DNA of 64,000 bases from Auanema rhodensis. Its lineage: Eukaryota; Animalia; Nematoda. Location of the stretch: the NCBI GenBank assembly GCA_964057225.1, contig OZ059894.1:13268001-13332000 (forward strand), in the 5' to 3' direction. A model generated the notes under the pieces. It searched no databases and had not been told where the DNA came from. It saw only the letters and a list, made by a program, of their open reading frames with translations. Position numbers and translations under genes: made by a program. Numbering within the stretch: position 1 is the first letter of the stretch; the number at the start of each line of letters is the position of its first letter. Shown here in pieces: positions 60,587 through 64,000 of the stretch.

Positions 60587-61042
60587 TTATATAGTAGCCA
60601 ATTTATAGTCGAATACTTTATGCATAAACGCTTTAATAAAGACATCATCATTTTTCAATAGTTTAAAAAATGAACAAATGCTTTCAAATGAATTACCAGC
60701 CGACAACATTAGTATTACAAATACCACATAGCCACCGCAAGTGTATTCAATTAAACGTTGTGGTTTGCAAGTATTAATTTTTACCTTTTTATATTTGGCC
60801 AGATAATTTTGAATGTACTTGTTCATTTTATATCCCAAGCTACAGAAAAAATAGGCTTGCTTGTTACGGACAAAGATGACCTGCCAATGTGTGCCTGGCT
60901 TATCATGTGTGTCAGTATTTACGACAAGTGCAAAGTTTTTACGACGCGTTTTGGGTAGAGTATCAGCGCTGTATACACCGAGGAATAGTTTCCGAGTGCT
61001 GGGGACAGATTGCAATAGTGATACTATTTCAGACGAATACAT
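60587..61042 (-). CDS. Adenain-like cysteine protease (copy A')
   Basis: Same protein as 32235-32690. Confidence 0.9.
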   Translation of the reverse strand: MYSSEIVSLLQSVPSTRKLFLGVYSADTLPKTRRKNFALVVNTDTHDKPGTHWQVIFVRNKQAYFFCSLGYKMNKYIQNYLAKYKKVKINTCKPQRLIEYTCGGYVVFVILMLSAGNSFESICSFFKLLKNDDVFIKAFMHKVFDYKLATI

Positions 61043-61093
61043 TTTAGTAGAATGATCTAGTGTAACTTTTGTATTGCGCGCGTGCGGTTCGAT

Positions 61094-61546
61094 ATGCCGC
61101 ACCTCCTTTTGAATGTCAACTCTATTCAATGGACAACACTTTTAAATCAACAAATGGGTGGCGCCCCATTTAGCGGAATGATGTTTCAACGTGGAATGCA
61201 GAGGGGTCATGGTTTGGGTGGTATTTTGGTAACTTTGGCATCATTTCTACCACGCATCATTCAATCACCTATAGCCCAAAATCTCATCAATGCCGGAAGA
61301 AACGCCTTATCCAGTGCTGTAAGCAATAGTCCAGTTGTAAATTCACCTCTTGGCGGACAGTTGCTGAAAACTGGTAATGAAATTGTCGATGGGGTGCTGA
61401 AAGGCGATAATATCAAGGAAACTCTTAAAACAGCCGGCCGGCCAGCTATACGAGATCTTACCGGCTTGGGCAAACGGCGACGACGCAAAACCACAAAACC
61501 TCATAAGCGGTTGTGCATCACTCGTGAGCGGTCGTTTCACATTTAA
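61094..61546 (+). CDS. PZ-like Polinton virion protein (copy A')
   Basis: Three amino-acid differences from 32742-33194. Confidence 0.8.
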   Translation: MPHLLLNVNSIQWTTLLNQQMGGAPFSGMMFQRGMQRGHGLGGILVTLASFLPRIIQSPIAQNLINAGRNALSSAVSNSPVVNSPLGGQLLKTGNEIVDGVLKGDNIKETLKTAGRPAIRDLTGLGKRRRRKTTKPHKRLCITRERSFHI

Positions 61547-62880
61547 ATGGCTAAATTGATAGATTCAAAATCAGCACAAGCCCTTTTACCTAATATAAAC
61601 TATGGTGATATACCAGCGTCGGCATTAGGTGTAGAGTCTACTCGTACTGTACAAGTCCCTTTGAAAAATACTTTTCTTCCTCAAGGACCATGGGAATTTG
61701 TTATAGCTCAAAATTCCAAATCATTCCTCAATTTGAGAAGATGTTGGTTGAATGTAAAATTTAAAATTGTAACCACAAACGGTGATCCAGTACCAGACAA
61801 CCTTGTTTTTGCACCATGTCAACAATTTGCTGCCAGTTTAATACATTCGTATCATTTGAAAATTGGCGATGTTAGCGTGTATGACTCTACCGTGAATCAT
61901 GCCTATAAAACATATATCGAGAATATTTTAATGTATAGCAACGATGTTAAAGAGAGCAAACTTGCCATATCAGGCTATTACGCTGATAGATATATAGATA
62001 ATGCATCCAGTGCTGGATTTAGAACGCGTCAAGCGCTTGTAAAAAATGGCATATTGTGTGAGATGGCTGCTCCCGTCAGTATCGACCTATTTAATCAAGA
62101 GCGACTGTTTGTAAACTATTCAAAAATGGAGCTAACTGCATATCCAAACCGTGATAACTTTTTAATTGACACTCTAGGCTGGAATAATAAAAACAAGGAT
62201 ACTACATTAAGGAGGAGTTTCCAAATTTGAAAGTAGATATCAGCGATGTACATTTGCTCATTCAAGAGTTTGATCTAAACGCTGGATTAGCTATGGCTAT
62301 AGAAGATAAACTCGCAAAGGATCGAATACACTACCCCATGACATCAGTGAAAATGCGCTCTTATTTCATAGAAGGAGGCCGCTTGGATTCACCTAATAAT
62401 ATATTATTCACGTCTCACACACCAAAACGTGTTGTAGTAGGTCTTGTTGGCGCACACGCCTATAATGGTACTTTTAAACATTCGCCATTCAACTTTAAAC
62501 CGTTTGATTTGAAAAATATATACTTGACGCTCAACAATAGGGTAATACCTACCCGTCCTTATAATTTAGAATGGCGATCTTCCTATGCCACAGCATATAT
62601 TGACATGCTGGAAGGTTTGGGACTTGGTCGTACAGATTCATCCAATGGTATTACACCAGCAATGTATAAAGCTGGTTTCACATTTTTTGTATTTGATATT
62701 AGTCCTACTGTGCATTCGTCAGAGTTATTTGATGTTATACGACAAGGTAATGTAGCCTTGAAATTGGAATTTAGTCAACAAACGCCGCAAGAGGGCTTAT
62801 ATGCAATTGTTTATGCAGAGTATGACTCTATTCTTTCAATTGACAACAATCGTGCTCCATATATTGATACCAGTTTGTAA
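61547..62880 (+). pseudogene. Polinton double-jelly-roll major capsid protein, full length with one frameshift at ~62205
   Basis: PWEFVI, HAYKTYIENIL.YS, DLFNQER, PKRVVVGLV..AYNG...SPFNF.PF, GFTFFVFDISP, IVYAEYDS.L.ID.NR. Confidence 0.9.
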
Positions 62881-63017
62881 TGTATGTAATAAATTCTTTA
62901 AAAGATTTAAGAATAAAATTTATCAATACAACTATTTTTAAAAATAAATACATGTACAATAATAAAATTTTATAAATACAAATATATACAAGATAAAAAT
63001 TTATAAATTCAAATATA

Positions 63018-64000
63018 TTATTCACAATAACCGTAGGGTAAAGTACTATAATCTTGTAGATAACAAAGTTTATCCATTACGACTTTAGTACTTTTTGTCA
63101 TATCCATTGTGGATATGGCACCGAGTTGCCTCTTTAACAAGGTTGTATTGGTTTTTAAAACCAATTTCTCTCCATCCATAACGAGTCCGCGAACCAGTCG
63201 CTCCATACTTTCAAAGTTTACCACTGATGCTGCCGTGTGGTCCAACGTCTGAAAATTATAAAATTATTTGAAAAGTCAAAGCTCGTACTTACCACTCCCT
63301 TTGCCTTTGTTACATACTTTACATCACCAGCTGCATTTACAAGTTTATAACTATAAACTTTTGCTGCTGGTGATACAAACTTGGTCATTGACCAACCATC
63401 GGGTATTTCAGAGGTTAGTTTACCTAACCATTCACCCTTCATATCCTCAATTGGATCTGGCTCATCCAGGCACCTTTGATAAATTAGTGAATCCGTGTCT
63501 AAATAATGTACGTTTAAATTGTATACAAAGTATGAAATTACCTGTATACACCAAGTTCTTTCCAATTTTCTCCATTGCCTTATACAATAGTAGCCTTGCA
63601 TGAGCGGTTGTATAGGCCGCAATAGCTACATTTGTAAAAGGCGGTGGTGCCAAATGTGAATCCTCTGGTACTGTTGTGCAGTACGCAACATTATCCACAA
63701 TTTTGAACCCAGTGAGTTCCCTTGCAGGATCAGTAATGATCCTACCAATTTCTTGGTCTTCAACACCAATAATCTTGGTTTGGGCTTTATCAGGTCTTTG
63801 ACTCTTGTTTAATTCTTATGTACTTTTGTACAAACTCTTTAAACAGGCCGCCTTGTTGCCATTCTTCCCAGTGCCACACCTCATGCACATGAAGCACTTT
63901 ATAGCCACGTTGTATGGCACACTCGAGCTCAACATGTGTCACAGTTAGATGCAGCTTTCTAGCATTTACATCATTCTGGTGCTCACATGTTACATTTTTA
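63018..64000 (-). pseudogene. Protein-primed family B DNA polymerase, 3' part, two introns (63249-63292, 63499-63541), motif B region deleted at ~63805
   Basis: ELECAIQRGYKVLHVHEVWH; NVAIAAYTTAHARLLLY; spliced YTDTDS; K.YSY, KAKGVTL; TLPYGY end; acceptor TTTTCAG. Confidence 0.9.

Larger units (their letters stand above)
45949..64000. mobile_element. Maverick copy A' (TIR interrupted by Bel/Pao; ~3.6-kb internal deletion at 60480; runs off the window)
   Basis: 45949-46071 plus 57796 onward reconstitute the arm seen at 25741 onward almost exactly. Confidence 0.92.

Overview
Eukaryotic, very probably nematode, repeat-dense DNA (40-44 bp introns, TTTTCAG-type acceptors, nematode-type env-bearing LTR elements). 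No ordinary host gene was seen. Positions 1-6055 are a ~173-bp AT-rich satellite with 8-mer and 9-mer higher-order repeats. The rest is a nested, rearranged stack of mobile elements. (i) A Ty3/gypsy (metavirus) family with gag-env-pro-pol order and a gB/class III-like env, in one near-complete copy (33787-42238, minus), one decayed copy and fragments. (ii) A Bel/Pao family with phlebovirus-like Gn/Gc env (46072-57795, 5-bp TSD, 859-bp LTRs). (iii) Scrambled pieces of a second Bel/Pao family and a LINE RT inside a 3.7-kb tandem duplication. (iv) At least four partial Maverick/Polinton copies (TIR, integrase, ATPase, protease, major and minor capsid, PZ-like, pPolB, C2H2 gene). The three most notable signals follow. 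First, the Bel/Pao U5/PBS region is complementary to both ends of tRNA-Gly(GCC) on either side of a hairpin and covers the gag AUG. Second, a spliced Maverick gene, missed by the ORF track, encodes a D-box plus CDK-site plus Cys/His protein conserved across two subfamilies. Third, the gypsy env is embedded in the polyprotein and carries a large unexplained inserted domain. All family assignments come from motif recognition by eye; no searches were run.
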